DNA from: Candidatus Brockarchaeota archaeon
Lineage (GTDB): Archaea > Thermoproteota > EX4484-205 > JAAOZP01
Direction of reading: 5' to 3'
Length of the DNA: 64,000 nt
Assembly (NCBI GenBank): GCA_017601245.1
Contig: JAFNJB010000055.1
Location: 56,455 to 120,454, forward strand
Below the pieces are notes generated by a model. The model ran no database searches. It was not told where the DNA came from and was given only the letters and a program-made list of their open reading frames with translations. Below, in pieces: positions 1 through 9,558 of the stretch. Within the stretch, counting starts at the first letter, position 1; every line of letters starts with the position of its first letter. The translations under genes and the position numbers were made by a program.

Positions 1-2089
1 GTCTGTCAAGTATTATTGACGGTGAGATTACTCTCTCAACCATAACCCGATACGGGTCTCTACTCACCGGAACTGTTAAGCCCACTTCGGAAAGCACTAT
101 TGACCCGACGATTTTAGATAATGCTCTATTGCCAAGGTCGCCGAGGCAGGCATGTATAATCGTATAATCTCCCCATTTCTCGAGGACTATTCTCCTATCT
201 GTACCTACTGGTATCCCTTTTTCGAGACATTCTAAAATTGGTTTGATGACCTTAATGGCGAAATCTTTTTCGACACCGTATTTCTCAGCTATTTCACCAG
301 CTATCTCCTCTTGCCTAAGTCCCCTTAGATACTCTTCTTCAACAAATCTTCTAAGAGCCCCAACTTCCATCGCGGTTTCATAGGTCACGGGTATTTCCTC
401 ACCGGTCCAGAAAGGTACTGCGCCCAGAGGGTCTTCCGCCCTTTTTACAATAACTTTACCGTTGAAAACCTGTATTATCGACCATACTAGGCCTCCCATT
501 ACAAACTTGGTACCGGGGAGGCCTTTTTCCGCAACGAATTCTTCGTCAAGATTCCCGACGACGAGATTTTCTTCTTCGCAGAAGACAGGATATTGATTAA
601 CCTCCGGTATGCTCGATATGTGCTCGAAGAAGAATCTTATGAGCTCTCTTCTTCTACCCGGCCTTACGGTGTCGCTATGCTCATCGAGAATCAGCAGTTT
701 AGGATATTGCGAAGAGAGAAAATCTAGTACTCTCTTGAACTCCTCTACGGAGATCTTTGAATACGGCGTGCTTTTCTTAACGAGTTTAAACATTTCTTCC
801 ATATTGTAATGGCTTTTCTCTAAAAGCATCCCAACTACTTGATGTGCGAGAATATCGTAAGGAGCCTCCGGGGGTGAGACAGGCTCGTAAATACTGTTCA
901 AAGCCCTCCTCCTTATAACCATTGATTCGATAGCATCGTCCTCATCCATACATAAGACCATTCCACGGGAGGTTAAGCCAATCCTGTGACCGCTTCTCCC
1001 AATCCTCTGTATGAGCCTAGAGGCCTGTCTAGGAGAGCCGTATTGAATTACGAAATCTATCAGACCGATGTCTATACCGAGCTCAAGGCTGGAAGTACAT
1101 ACTAGCCCTCTCAACTCTCCTTCTTTCAAACCCTCTTCAGCCTTGACCCTAGCCTCCACGCCAAGCGATCCGTGATGGATTGAAACAGGGGTTGGAAGGT
1201 TCATTACTAGAAGCCTGTTTGAAAGCGCTTCAGCAGTAGCCCTAGTATTTGTGAAGAGCAATAATGCGTTACTTCTGCCAAGCGTTTCCTTAACTACTCT
1301 CAACCTTGCCGCTACTTCCGGGGTTGTTAAAAGTCTCTCAGCAAGTAAATAGTCTTCATCGATAACTTCTGGAAGCACAAGGTTTATTTCAATATCCTTG
1401 GGGACCGGTGTTACAATGACCTTGAAGCTTTCTTCTGATCCTACGAGGAAGCGCGCAAGTTGCTCTGGCTCACCTATCGTTGCAGAAAGTCCTATGATCT
1501 GTATCTTCCCTCCTACAAGACTCTTCAACCTCTCTAGGCCGAGTGAAAGTTGGCTTCCTCTCTTATCGGAAGCAAGCTCGTGAAGCTCATCTACCACGAC
1601 CCACCTAACAGTTTTCAAATGGTTTCTGAGCCTAGAACCTATTAAAAGTATTTGGAACGTCTCCGGAGTTGTTATGAGAATATGAGGAGGGCTTAGTGAC
1701 TGTATCCTCCTTTGAGAAGAAGACGTGTCCCCGTGTCTTACAGAAATCTTGAAGTCAAGCCTACTCGCCCACCAGCTTATCCTTTCAACCAGATCCCTGT
1801 TTAAAGCCCTAAGCGGGGTTATATAGAGCATGAAAATACCGTTCTTAAAATTAACCCTCTCCCTAACCATTGCGCTTAAAATAGGCAGTAGGGCTGCCTC
1901 AGTCTTCCCTATTCCAGTCGGAGCCACTATTAGAACATTGTTTCCGTCAATTATCTCGGGTATTGCCCTAATCTGAGGTTCTGTTAAAGGCATTAGCCCT
2001 TTCTCTAAAACAAGCTTTACGACAGGCTCGGCAAGCATCGAAACGACTTCTTCGCTAGATAAGCTTTTCACAAGGAATGACTTAAGCAT
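1..2089 (-). CDS. Lhr-type DEAD/DEAH-box ATP-dependent helicase, 5' part (partial; runs off the left edge)
   Basis: Reverse-strand ORF starting at ATG (complement of 2087-2089), N-terminus MLKSFLVKSLSSEEVVSMLAEP, with no stop before position 1. Walker A-like PTGIGKTEAALLPIL around complement of 1880-1920 and a DELHEL (DExH) box further on. The ORF track omits it because the frame is open to the edge. Confidence 0.75.
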   Translation of the reverse strand, partial: MLKSFLVKSLSSEEVVSMLAEPVVKLVLEKGLMPLTEPQIRAIPEIIDGNNVLIVAPTGIGKTEAALLPILSAMVRERVNFKNGIFMLYITPLRALNRDLVERISWWASRLDFKISVRHGDTSSSQRRIQSLSPPHILITTPETFQILLIGSRLRNHLKTVRWVVVDELHELASDKRGSQLSLGLERLKSLVGGKIQIIGLSATIGEPEQLARFLVGSEESFKVIVTPVPKDIEINLVLPEVIDEDYLLAERLLTTPEVAARLRVVKETLGRSNALLLFTNTRATAEALSNRLLVMNLPTPVSIHHGSLGVEARVKAEEGLKEGELRGLVCTSSLELGIDIGLIDFVIQYGSPRQASRLIQRIGRSGHRIGLTSRGMVLCMDEDDAIESMVIRRRALNSIYEPVSPPEAPYDILAHQVVGMLLEKSHYNMEEMFKLVKKSTPYSKISVEEFKRVLDFLSSQYPKLLILDEHSDTVRPGRRRELIRFFFEHISSIPEVNQYPVFCEEENLVVGNLDEEFVAEKGLPGTKFVMGGLVWSIIQVFNGKVIVKRAEDPLGAVPFWTGEEIPVTYETAMEVGALRRFVEEEYLRGLRQEEIAGEIAEKYGVEKDFAIKVIKPILECLEKGIPVGTDRRIVLEKWGDYTIIHACLGDLGNRALSKIVGSIVLSEVGLTVPVSRDPYRVMVERVISPSIILDR

Positions 2090-2138
2090 TTAGTTGAAAA
2101 ACATTCCCTTTCAATCATAAAACAGCTTCTAATGTAAA

Positions 2139-2771
2139 CTACCATAGAGAACTAATGCCTTCCAACAGAAAGGAGGCCCCTATTACTACTATTGCAAGAT
2201 TACATGCCGTTATAAGAATCTTCAAGCCTTTCCCCCTAAGGCTCCTGGCACCACTAGCCATTAGCCCGGAAATGGACCCTAGGACCACTAAGTCACCTAT
2301 TTCGTGACTAATATAGAATAGTACTACCCCCACTAGGCCCCATGCTAACGATTTAGAAATGTAGGCTGCTCCTATGGTAAGCCACCATGTAATCCAGTAT
2401 GGGTTTGAAACAGATATGGTCGCGCCCAGTAGAACCGTGGTTGGGGAACGATGAGTTTTAACAATGCCTCCAGCCTCAACACTCTCCCTTTTCTTTGCAA
2501 GAGATAAAACACCAGTCAATATCAGTACGATACCGCCAACTATGCCTATTAAAGGATAATACTCCTTTTCAACGTGGAGTAAACCGTATGTCAGCATTAT
2601 GGTGATGGGTGCTTCTGCCAGAGCATGCCCAAGCGACAGTAATAAACCCGGTTTGAAACTTTTCATGGAGGAGGATTCTCTAATAGTCGTAACCATTAAA
2701 GGACCTGGAGCAAGAGCTCCTGAAAGTGAAACTAAAAAGGAGGTTAAGGGTATTTCCATTAGACTATTCAA
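2139..2771 (-). CDS. LysE/RhtB-family amino-acid exporter (membrane)
   Basis: 210 aa, six predicted TM helices, N-terminal ...LAPGPLMV... motif typical of the LysE translocator family. Confidence 0.55.
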   Translation of the reverse strand: MNSLMEIPLTSFLVSLSGALAPGPLMVTTIRESSSMKSFKPGLLLSLGHALAEAPITIMLTYGLLHVEKEYYPLIGIVGGIVLILTGVLSLAKKRESVEAGGIVKTHRSPTTVLLGATISVSNPYWITWWLTIGAAYISKSLAWGLVGVVLFYISHEIGDLVVLGSISGLMASGARSLRGKGLKILITACNLAIVVIGASFLLEGISSLW

Positions 2772-2785
2772 AATTCTTCAACCCT

Positions 2786-3616
2786 TCAAACATTTTTCTT
2801 CAACATCATCTCACCATAATTAACGGTGAATATTTTCGGCATTCGCCTCTTATGCCGATTTCGCTTCACCCTCTCCATAACCTTCCTCACAGTTTCTAGA
2901 GGAACCTTTAAAGTCCTCTCGATTTCTTTTTCACTAAGGCCCTTTTCAAACCTCAGGTAGAGTATTGCATCCAATGTGTCATAGTCGATTCCAATTTCTC
3001 CTTCTGCAGTCTGGCCTGGCCAAAGAGCTGGTGAAGCCGGTTTATTACGTATTTTTTCAGGTACTCCAAGATGCTCGGCTAATTGTCTAACCATGGTCTT
3101 ATAAAGCCCTCCTATTGGAAATAGGTCTGCACCACCGTCGCCATACTTAGTGAAATAGCCTATAAGTATCTCGCTTTTATCACCCGTGCCTATTACCAAG
3201 CCCTTGTTGACAGCAGCCTCGTGATACAGGATGATCATCCTACTCCTGGCCATTATATTCCCTTTCTCAACCCTACCCATCTGCCCTAGAATATTCTCGA
3301 AAACATCTACAATAGGATCTATGCTGATAAGCCTCCAATTACCCTCCGGTATGTTCAGCTGTTTAACGATTGTCTTCGCATCTTCAACATCTTCCTGTGG
3401 CGTAGCTTTAGAAGGCAGTATGTATAGTCTGATGTATTCCCTTCCCAATGCCCTTACAGCTAAATGGGCGACAACGCTACTATCAAGACCACCTGAGAGT
3501 CCTATTACACCCGTTCTCTTACTTGCATCTTCAAAATATTTTCTTATGCTATCAGTCAAGTATTCGACAACTCTATTGTAGTCGAGCTTTGGCAGGATTT
3601 CACTGGTTCTTCCCAT
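2786..3616 (-). CDS. nadE: NH3-dependent NAD+ synthetase
   Basis: 276 aa with PP-loop SGGLDSS (GLSGGLDSSVVAHLA). Size and motif spacing are typical of archaeal NadE. Confidence 0.85.
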   Translation of the reverse strand: MGRTSEILPKLDYNRVVEYLTDSIRKYFEDASKRTGVIGLSGGLDSSVVAHLAVRALGREYIRLYILPSKATPQEDVEDAKTIVKQLNIPEGNWRLISIDPIVDVFENILGQMGRVEKGNIMARSRMIILYHEAAVNKGLVIGTGDKSEILIGYFTKYGDGGADLFPIGGLYKTMVRQLAEHLGVPEKIRNKPASPALWPGQTAEGEIGIDYDTLDAILYLRFEKGLSEKEIERTLKVPLETVRKVMERVKRNRHKRRMPKIFTVNYGEMMLKKNV

Positions 3617-3671
3617 CGGGTTTCACGTATTACCCTTTAATATAAACCTTGAACCTAATCCAATTTCCATT

Positions 3672-4193
3672 TTACAACCCGCTGATCAAATCGTAGATTC
3701 CAACTATGGTCTTAGCATCCTTAATGGTGCCGTCTCTCACCATTCTCAATGCTTCTTCCACAGTCACTTCTAATACTTCTACATCCTCGTCTGGCTCTGG
3801 GCTCTGGCTCTTCTTATTCAATCCCCTTGCTATGAAAAGCGTTATCTTCTCTGTCGAATACCCCGGCGCCAGGTAGAATCTCCTCACCATTTTCAAAGAC
3901 TCTGCCTCATATCCCGTTTCCTCTAAAAGCTCTCTCCTAGCGCATTCTTCTTCGCCTTCCCCCTCATTCAGTGTTCCAGCAGGTGCTTCTATAAGAGTCT
4001 CCCTCGCCGGAAGCCTGTATTGTCTGACTAAAACTATTTTTCCATCGTCTTTTATAGGAATTATTACGACGGCACCCGGGTGCTCTACAACCTCCCTAAT
4101 CGTCTCAACACCGTTAATCGAAACGCGGTACCTAACGAGGGATAATAGCCTCCCCGTATATGCTTTCTCCATATCTAAGACCATCTCCGGCAT
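3672..4193 (-). CDS. NUDIX hydrolase (ADP-ribose pyrophosphatase-like)
   Basis: 173 aa with Nudix box GTLNEGEGEEECARRELLEETGY (GX5EX7REUXEEXGU). Confidence 0.75.
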   Translation of the reverse strand: MPEMVLDMEKAYTGRLLSLVRYRVSINGVETIREVVEHPGAVVIIPIKDDGKIVLVRQYRLPARETLIEAPAGTLNEGEGEEECARRELLEETGYEAESLKMVRRFYLAPGYSTEKITLFIARGLNKKSQSPEPDEDVEVLEVTVEEALRMVRDGTIKDAKTIVGIYDLISGL

Positions 4194-4261
4194 GTTTCAA
4201 AGAGGGAAAGAATTAGACAATAAACTTTTATCTACACTAATCATATCTATGTTTCCTAAGC

Positions 4262-4828
4262 TTGATGGTTATTGAAAAACAAGAAGCTGATTACAGAAGG
4301 CAGGGAGGCGAAGTACAATTATTGCCTCTACACACAAAATGGGGATTGTTTCCTATTACCGTCCTAATCTTCTCTTTAACTTTTATACTTTCTTCGATGA
4401 TTCCCATTGAAAAGAGCTTGGCTGAAGAAATAATGGTATCTCTTAAAGAGCAATTCTTGAATTCTAACCTGATAGTTGTTTTCCTAAACAATCTCCTACT
4501 AAGTCTCGTCATGATGATACCCGTATTTGGCTTCGTATTCAGTATTTTCTCATCGTCTCTCAATGGTACGGCAATTTCCGCAATTTCAATTGTAACGGGC
4601 TCCCCTCCGCTTCATATTGCAATAAAACTCCTTTCAAACCCAGGGGTTATTCTTGAAATTCTTGCTTTTGGGTTAGCATCTGCGCAGAGCCTTGCTGGCT
4701 TCTTCGCAATAGTTGAGAAAAGGTTTAGGAGGGAACTTAAAGAATACTTAACGACGATAGTAGTAGTCATAGGTTTGTTACTAATATCCGCTTTATTAGA
4801 AATGTTTTTTCAAACAATCTCCTCATGA
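4262..4828 (+). CDS. SpoIIM/DUF95-like integral membrane protein
   Basis: 188 aa, multiple TM segments, no catalytic motif; the true start may be internal. Confidence 0.3.
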   Translation: MMVIEKQEADYRRQGGEVQLLPLHTKWGLFPITVLIFSLTFILSSMIPIEKSLAEEIMVSLKEQFLNSNLIVVFLNNLLLSLVMMIPVFGFVFSIFSSSLNGTAISAISIVTGSPPLHIAIKLLSNPGVILEILAFGLASAQSLAGFFAIVEKRFRRELKEYLTTIVVVIGLLLISALLEMFFQTISS

Positions 4829-5496
4829 TAAGAATACTTTTCTCAGACCTAGATGGAACGCTTGTTGAAGAAGAAAGCAGTTGGAGGCTAGTTCATCGTT
4901 TTCTCGGTACTGACCATATCGCTGCAAGAGCTCTAGAAAGGTTTTCAAGAGGGGAAATAAACTACGAAGAGTTTGTAGAACATGATGTGAACCTCTGGCC
5001 CAAAAGACTTCCAAAATCCTTTTTTGAATACATCTTTTCCAAAGTTAGGATAAGGCCAGGTGCTAAGAACCTATTTAAACAGCTTAAGGATTTGGGGGTT
5101 AAGAGGGTAATAGTTACAAGCGGACTCAACGTATTAGCAGAAAGGATATGTAGAGAATTAGAGGTTGATGAATGTATCTCCAATGAGATGATTTTCGATG
5201 AAAATGGGTTATTCACCGGAAACGTTATAGTTAACGTAGATCCTTCTAATAAGGCTAAGGTTCTAGAGGACGTGTGTAGGAAATATTCTATTCCTTTAAA
5301 AGATTCCATCGCAATAGGCGATACAAGGTACGATGAAAGCATGTTTAGAATTGCAGGTTTGTCTATACTTTTATATAAAAAGCGGGGACAGAGCATACCC
5401 CTTGAAAAATCTAGAGCAAGTTATGTTGTGGACAGCCTTGAAGAAGCGACAAAAATACTAATCAATCTTATTGAAAAAGAAAAAGGATTAAAATAG
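4825..5496 (+). CDS. HAD-superfamily hydrolase (phosphoserine phosphatase-like)
   Basis: N-terminal DLDGTLV (HAD motif I DxDGT) and C-terminal IAIGDTRYDESM (motif IV). 223 aa. Confidence 0.6.
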   Translation: MIRILFSDLDGTLVEEESSWRLVHRFLGTDHIAARALERFSRGEINYEEFVEHDVNLWPKRLPKSFFEYIFSKVRIRPGAKNLFKQLKDLGVKRVIVTSGLNVLAERICRELEVDECISNEMIFDENGLFTGNVIVNVDPSNKAKVLEDVCRKYSIPLKDSIAIGDTRYDESMFRIAGLSILLYKKRGQSIPLEKSRASYVVDSLEEATKILINLIEKEKGLK

Positions 5497-5497
5497 C

Positions 5498-5647
5498 CTA
5501 TTTCTTAGCTTTTTTAGCCTTCTTAGCCTTCTTGGTCTTCTTAGCCTTTGGTTTTGCCTTAGCCTTCTTAGCCTTCTTAGGAGGTGCTTCAGGTGCTGCA
5601 GGTGCTGCTGCAGCAGGAGCCTCTCCCCCAGTACCTGCTTCGCTCAT
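5498..5647 (-). CDS. 49-aa Lys/Ala-rich highly basic small protein (possible chromatin/nucleic-acid-binding protein)
   Basis: Not in the ORF track (<60 aa). Complement of 5498-5647 reads ATG...TAG and encodes MSEAGTGGEAPAAAAPAAPEAPPKKAKKAKAKPKAKKTKKAKKAKKAKK. Sits alone in the intergenic gap between the HAD hydrolase and cytidylate kinase. Confidence 0.35.
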   Translation of the reverse strand: MSEAGTGGEAPAAAAPAAPEAPPKKAKKAKAKPKAKKTKKAKKAKKAKK

Positions 5648-5698
5648 GATAAAATATTTTCTTTCCAGTCATATATAAATCTTTAATACAATTCAAGC

Positions 5699-6244
5699 TT
5701 ACTTCCTACTTTCCAAAGCCTCAAGTATTAATGAGACAGCGTTTTCAAACGATATCCTGGAGGTGTTTATCATTAGGTCATACAGTAGTGGGTCTTTCCA
5801 GTTCCTATGGAAAAGCTTCTCCACCAGACTATTCCTATCTATGTCTGAAGCCTTAATGTCTTCTTCAATCTGCTTAAGGTCCTCGGTCTTCCTCCTCTCA
5901 GCAAGATGCTTAACCCTATCATTCATATCCCTATACAGAAATACTCTAAGGTCTGCCTCATGCGCTAAAGCCATGAGAGCACTCCTCCCCTCTATTATAG
6001 CTGGACCATTGTTTACTATATCCAAAACCATGCTGTAAAGGACTTTTTCTATCTCTATTTCTCCCGATATGGATTTATCAACGAGGGCTTTATAGCTGAG
6101 GGTCGGTGAAGACACTAAATTCCTTATAAGCCTCTCAGTATTGTGAACCTCCAAACCGAGTTTTTGAGAAAGCAATTCTCCAACCTCAGTACAGCCGGCT
6201 CCAAGTTCTCCAGCAATTAGAATAACAGGTTTAACTCTGCTCAT
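5699..6244 (-). CDS. cmk: archaeal-type cytidylate kinase
   Basis: 181 aa, P-loop-like IAGELGAGCTEVGELLSQKLG at the N-terminus; size and layout match archaeal CMP kinase (adenylate kinase fold). Confidence 0.6.
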   Translation of the reverse strand: MSRVKPVILIAGELGAGCTEVGELLSQKLGLEVHNTERLIRNLVSSPTLSYKALVDKSISGEIEIEKVLYSMVLDIVNNGPAIIEGRSALMALAHEADLRVFLYRDMNDRVKHLAERRKTEDLKQIEEDIKASDIDRNSLVEKLFHRNWKDPLLYDLMINTSRISFENAVSLILEALESRK

Positions 6245-6285
6245 TTATATTCAGCTTCGCTAACGCTTTTTTTTAAACGTTTCCT

Positions 6286-6729
6286 CTACTTCTTTAGATA
6301 CCTCCTAATGGCTAGTAGGGCCAATAATATGTAAACGGCTATGAAATATGGTGATAAGAGCACATGATTAACAGAATAATTGAGGTTTACTAACAAGTCC
6401 CGGTCTGCTTTAAATTCTAATGAGCGTCTACTACCATTAACGTTTTCAAGCTTATACCAGAATCCATAGTCGCTTACAACCTCGGGTTCTCCGGTAATGC
6501 GTAGATAGCTGCCTTTAGGAACCTTAAAAACTAGTGCTTTAGAGGAATTGACCTTCAGCTCCACTCCATACATGTTCGAAGATCCGTTTACATATACCCG
6601 AAAGGTTGATTTTGCAAAGGGGTCAATGGGCGATATATTAAGCACGACTGTAATGTTTACTGTCTCAATTTCGCTGACTGGTTGTAGGGATGCTAGCAGT
6701 ACGAGCACCAGTATTCCAGTTATATTCAA
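6286..6729 (-). CDS. secreted protein with C-terminal TM anchor (hypothetical)
   Basis: Signal peptide MNITGILVLVLLASL, multiple N-x-S/T sequons, C-terminal hydrophobic helix followed by RRYLKK. Confidence 0.4.
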   Translation of the reverse strand: MNITGILVLVLLASLQPVSEIETVNITVVLNISPIDPFAKSTFRVYVNGSSNMYGVELKVNSSKALVFKVPKGSYLRITGEPEVVSDYGFWYKLENVNGSRRSLEFKADRDLLVNLNYSVNHVLLSPYFIAVYILLALLAIRRYLKK

Positions 6730-6791
6730 CGGGTCTTACAATCTAAACCTGAATATAATCCTTATTTTCCCCCGAATATTGATTCAGAATA

Positions 6792-7436
6792 ATGCTTAAA
6801 GATCCAAGTGAAACCGTTGAGTTTAAGCTGTTAAAGAGGCTTCTGGAGAATGGTCTTGTAATAAGCAGAGGCGAAGCTATGGAATACTGGGAGTTTTTTA
6901 GAAATCTTTTAACTAGGGGGGTTATATTTGAATATGAAGGCTGTTTCAAAGCTCTTCCTGAATGTTGCCTATTATTGCTTCAAAAATTGGTAGAATCTGG
7001 TTTTTGTCTGGAAACATTGTTTAAATCAGTAAACTGGAGAGGTTTTGAGAGGATTATTGCAGAAATATTCAGGTTTCACGGTTTTAAGGTTCGGGAGCAT
7101 TTCAGGTTCCATGTTGGAAAGGTTTTCAGAGAAATAGATGTCTTGGTTGAAACACCCTTGCTACTAATATCGGCAGACTGTAAACAATGGGTTAAGAGGA
7201 ACTATAGTCTTAAAACAGCCTGCAAGCTCCAGTTTGAAAGGTCAAGGCTATTGCTAAAATACCTTACTGAAAAAAAGAATATTTTAAAGGAGGTCTATCC
7301 CCTAGTTGTGACATTCTTGGACTCTGAAGCCATGTTCATGAACAACTGTATAGTCGTACCGGTTTGGAAGATAAGGAACATAGCTGAAGCACCGGAGATT
7401 CTAAAAACAATGGGGAAACCTGTTTCTCTATTCTAA
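6792..7436 (+). CDS. Mrr-cat/restriction-endonuclease-like (PD-(D/E)xK) domain protein
   Basis: FERIIAEIFRFHGFKV ... EIDVLVE ... ISADCKQW parallels the Mrr catalytic core (G-x-D-hhh ... Q-C-K). 214 aa. Confidence 0.4.
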   Translation: MLKDPSETVEFKLLKRLLENGLVISRGEAMEYWEFFRNLLTRGVIFEYEGCFKALPECCLLLLQKLVESGFCLETLFKSVNWRGFERIIAEIFRFHGFKVREHFRFHVGKVFREIDVLVETPLLLISADCKQWVKRNYSLKTACKLQFERSRLLLKYLTEKKNILKEVYPLVVTFLDSEAMFMNNCIVVPVWKIRNIAEAPEILKTMGKPVSLF

Positions 7437-8126
7437 TATCCACATTTCTCTAGATCGTGGGATAAAGAGTAGTTTCGCTTTTATTAGGAGCCTCTTCTCG
7501 TCCAGGGAGCCGTCTAATAGCAGTATGTCCCCGTGGATTAGGGGGATGTTTGCGTCAGCCATTGTCTTGAAGGTTTTAAAACCATTGTTAAAGTCAAATA
7601 TGGTGAGGCATTCGCCACCCTCCCTGTTATACTTGCTCATCATCCCGGTTTTAACAGGTATCTCTATGGAAAGGCTTTTCCTACTCCTTATTATTATTCC
7701 CTCGACTTTCCCAACGAGCCATTCTCCAGCTAAACCAGGTATTCCGGCCAGCCTATCTTCCACAGCCATCGTCAATTCTCTGCTAGGTATGTCTATCTCA
7801 AGAATGTAATCTGTGCCAGGAATGGGCTTGAACAACTCCATTGGGACTAGTGTTTTAATAACAGGTTTGAGGAAGGGTAGCATTACAGAATTGGCTATTG
7901 CCCTGCTTATCATTACGGAATCTTCATCCAGAAGCTCAGTGGCCTCAGGAGGAGGCCCTCTAAGTAGTCCACGTGCAGTATCAAGAGTATTCTGCAGAAT
8001 TTTAAGGTCTACCTGCTTATCAGGCTCATAGACCATTATCAATTCCGCCAGGCCTGCTGACCGGTATTCTTTCTTGACGAAACCAATCAATTCCCCTCCA
8101 TGCATGACTGGAGATCCTTCAACCAT
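7428..8126 (-). CDS. conserved hypothetical protein (first gene downstream of the CofE/CofC/RimK-like cluster, same strand)
   Basis: 232 aa, soluble, no motif I can assign; co-oriented and tightly spaced with the three genes upstream. Confidence 0.35.
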   Translation of the reverse strand: MVEGSPVMHGGELIGFVKKEYRSAGLAELIMVYEPDKQVDLKILQNTLDTARGLLRGPPPEATELLDEDSVMISRAIANSVMLPFLKPVIKTLVPMELFKPIPGTDYILEIDIPSRELTMAVEDRLAGIPGLAGEWLVGKVEGIIIRSRKSLSIEIPVKTGMMSKYNREGGECLTIFDFNNGFKTFKTMADANIPLIHGDILLLDGSLDEKRLLIKAKLLFIPRSREMWILE

Positions 8127-8188
8127 GCTTTCCGCAAGCAGCTTAGTATTATTAACGGTTTTCTTTAACCGTAGAAAATACTTTAAGA

Positions 8189-8941
8189 CTAAAGGAACAA
8201 TTCTCTCTTCCTAGGCCTCAAAATACTCCTAACCCCAAGCTCTGAAAAATCATACTCATAGCCTTTTATCAAAGAGCCTATTATTCCTTCAGACGAGCTT
8301 CCTGTCACAAGCTCGCTTGCAGCAGCCAGTTCGTCGACTACGGCAATACGTTTAAACCTTAAAACGTATCCGTAGAGATCCCTAGTTCCCCTGAGGTCCT
8401 TAAGCGGGGCTATGCCAGAGCATCCTATGGCCATGTTGACCTGGCCTATTCTAAAAGGCCTATCGAAGGAGTCGGTTATTATCACCCCAACCTTTACCCC
8501 CTCATCTAGGAATTGTCTCCTTATCACCTCTGCAACCTTATCCGGATTCCTAGGGTGGAAAGCCATACTCAAACCCCCATCCACATTTGAAACGTCAACT
8601 CCCGAGTTTGCACATATTATCCCGCTTCTGGTTCTTGTTATGAGTCGGGTTCCAACTAGTCTTATTATCTCCCTGCTTTCTCTTAGAATAATTTCAACCT
8701 CCTCGGGCGGCTTACGTATCCTGTCAGCTATTGCTAGGGCTAATGGACTGGGCTTAACCTGTTTAAAACTCACTACGCAACCAATGGCTTTAGATACTGC
8801 AACGTGAGTTAGAGTAACTATGTCCCCATTCTCCACGTTTACGCCTTCTTTTTTCAGGGAGTCTATCGTTATCTTAGCTAGGTTATCGCCCTTCTTTATG
8901 TCCCCATCGTATTTTATACCGAAAATCCTGATTTCCCTCAA
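8189..8941 (-). CDS. CofE-like F420-0:gamma-glutamyl ligase family protein
   Basis: GDIVTLTHVAVSKAIG and ICANSGVDVSNVDGG match the two signature regions of the CofE family. 250 aa. Confidence 0.65.
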   Translation of the reverse strand: MREIRIFGIKYDGDIKKGDNLAKITIDSLKKEGVNVENGDIVTLTHVAVSKAIGCVVSFKQVKPSPLALAIADRIRKPPEEVEIILRESREIIRLVGTRLITRTRSGIICANSGVDVSNVDGGLSMAFHPRNPDKVAEVIRRQFLDEGVKVGVIITDSFDRPFRIGQVNMAIGCSGIAPLKDLRGTRDLYGYVLRFKRIAVVDELAAASELVTGSSSEGIIGSLIKGYEYDFSELGVRSILRPRKRELFL

Positions 8942-9558
8942 AGCTTCCTACCCATTTTTGCAAGAATCTTCTCTACAAACTGTATGTCTGAAGCCCGGGT
9001 GATCCTTATGCTTGATAATAGCATCGGGTCAAGGTCTTTCATAGTAGAGTGAGCTAAGTACATTACTCTCCTAAGCTTCTCTACAATACCATTCATATTC
9101 TCCTCTTCCGTATTTTCAATGGCCTCAATTAGGCTCCTCCTATTGTATGCTGATAGAAACCAGTCGACCTCTCCCTTCGCATTCCTCGTGAGGACAGCGT
9201 CTCTTTTTTCACAGAGCTCTGTTAAGAGAGCAAGCAAGTCAACCGGTATTAAGGGAGCATTCGCAGGAGCTGTAATAACCACGTTTCCACGTGTAATACG
9301 CATACCCTCTCTTAGAATAGCTGGTATGTTATTAGAATTGCTTATTTCAACAATCTTGCAATCGTCGAAACCATACTCTGAAACAACCTTGTAGTAAGCT
9401 TCTATCGACCCCTTCAATACTGCTAAAACAACTTCTTCTGCAACTTCTCCGATATTCCTCACTACGTGAAGGAAAATGGGGTATTCTCCAAGCCTGTTAA
9501 ACTCGATGAAGTTCTCGCTAGTATAGCCAATTGCCATAATAAGACCGCTGGCCCTCAA
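8938..9558 (-). CDS. MobA-like/CofC-like nucleotidyltransferase
   Basis: 206 aa; N-terminal LIMAIGYTSENF resembles the NTP-transferase G-rich loop. Overlaps the neighbours by 4 nt on each side (operonic). Confidence 0.4.
   Translation of the reverse strand: MRASGLIMAIGYTSENFIEFNRLGEYPIFLHVVRNIGEVAEEVVLAVLKGSIEAYYKVVSEYGFDDCKIVEISNSNNIPAILREGMRITRGNVVITAPANAPLIPVDLLALLTELCEKRDAVLTRNAKGEVDWFLSAYNRRSLIEAIENTEEENMNGIVEKLRRVMYLAHSTMKDLDPMLLSSIRITRASDIQFVEKILAKMGRKL

Noticed and set aside
609-1583. Track ORFs 609-809 and 1398-1583 on the plus strand
   Set aside because: Antisense within the long Lhr-type helicase frame.
2599-3581. Track ORFs 2599-2823, 3231-3581 and 3448-3645 on the plus strand
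   Set aside because: Entirely antisense to the well-supported LysE-like and nadE genes. Low-complexity, no motifs.
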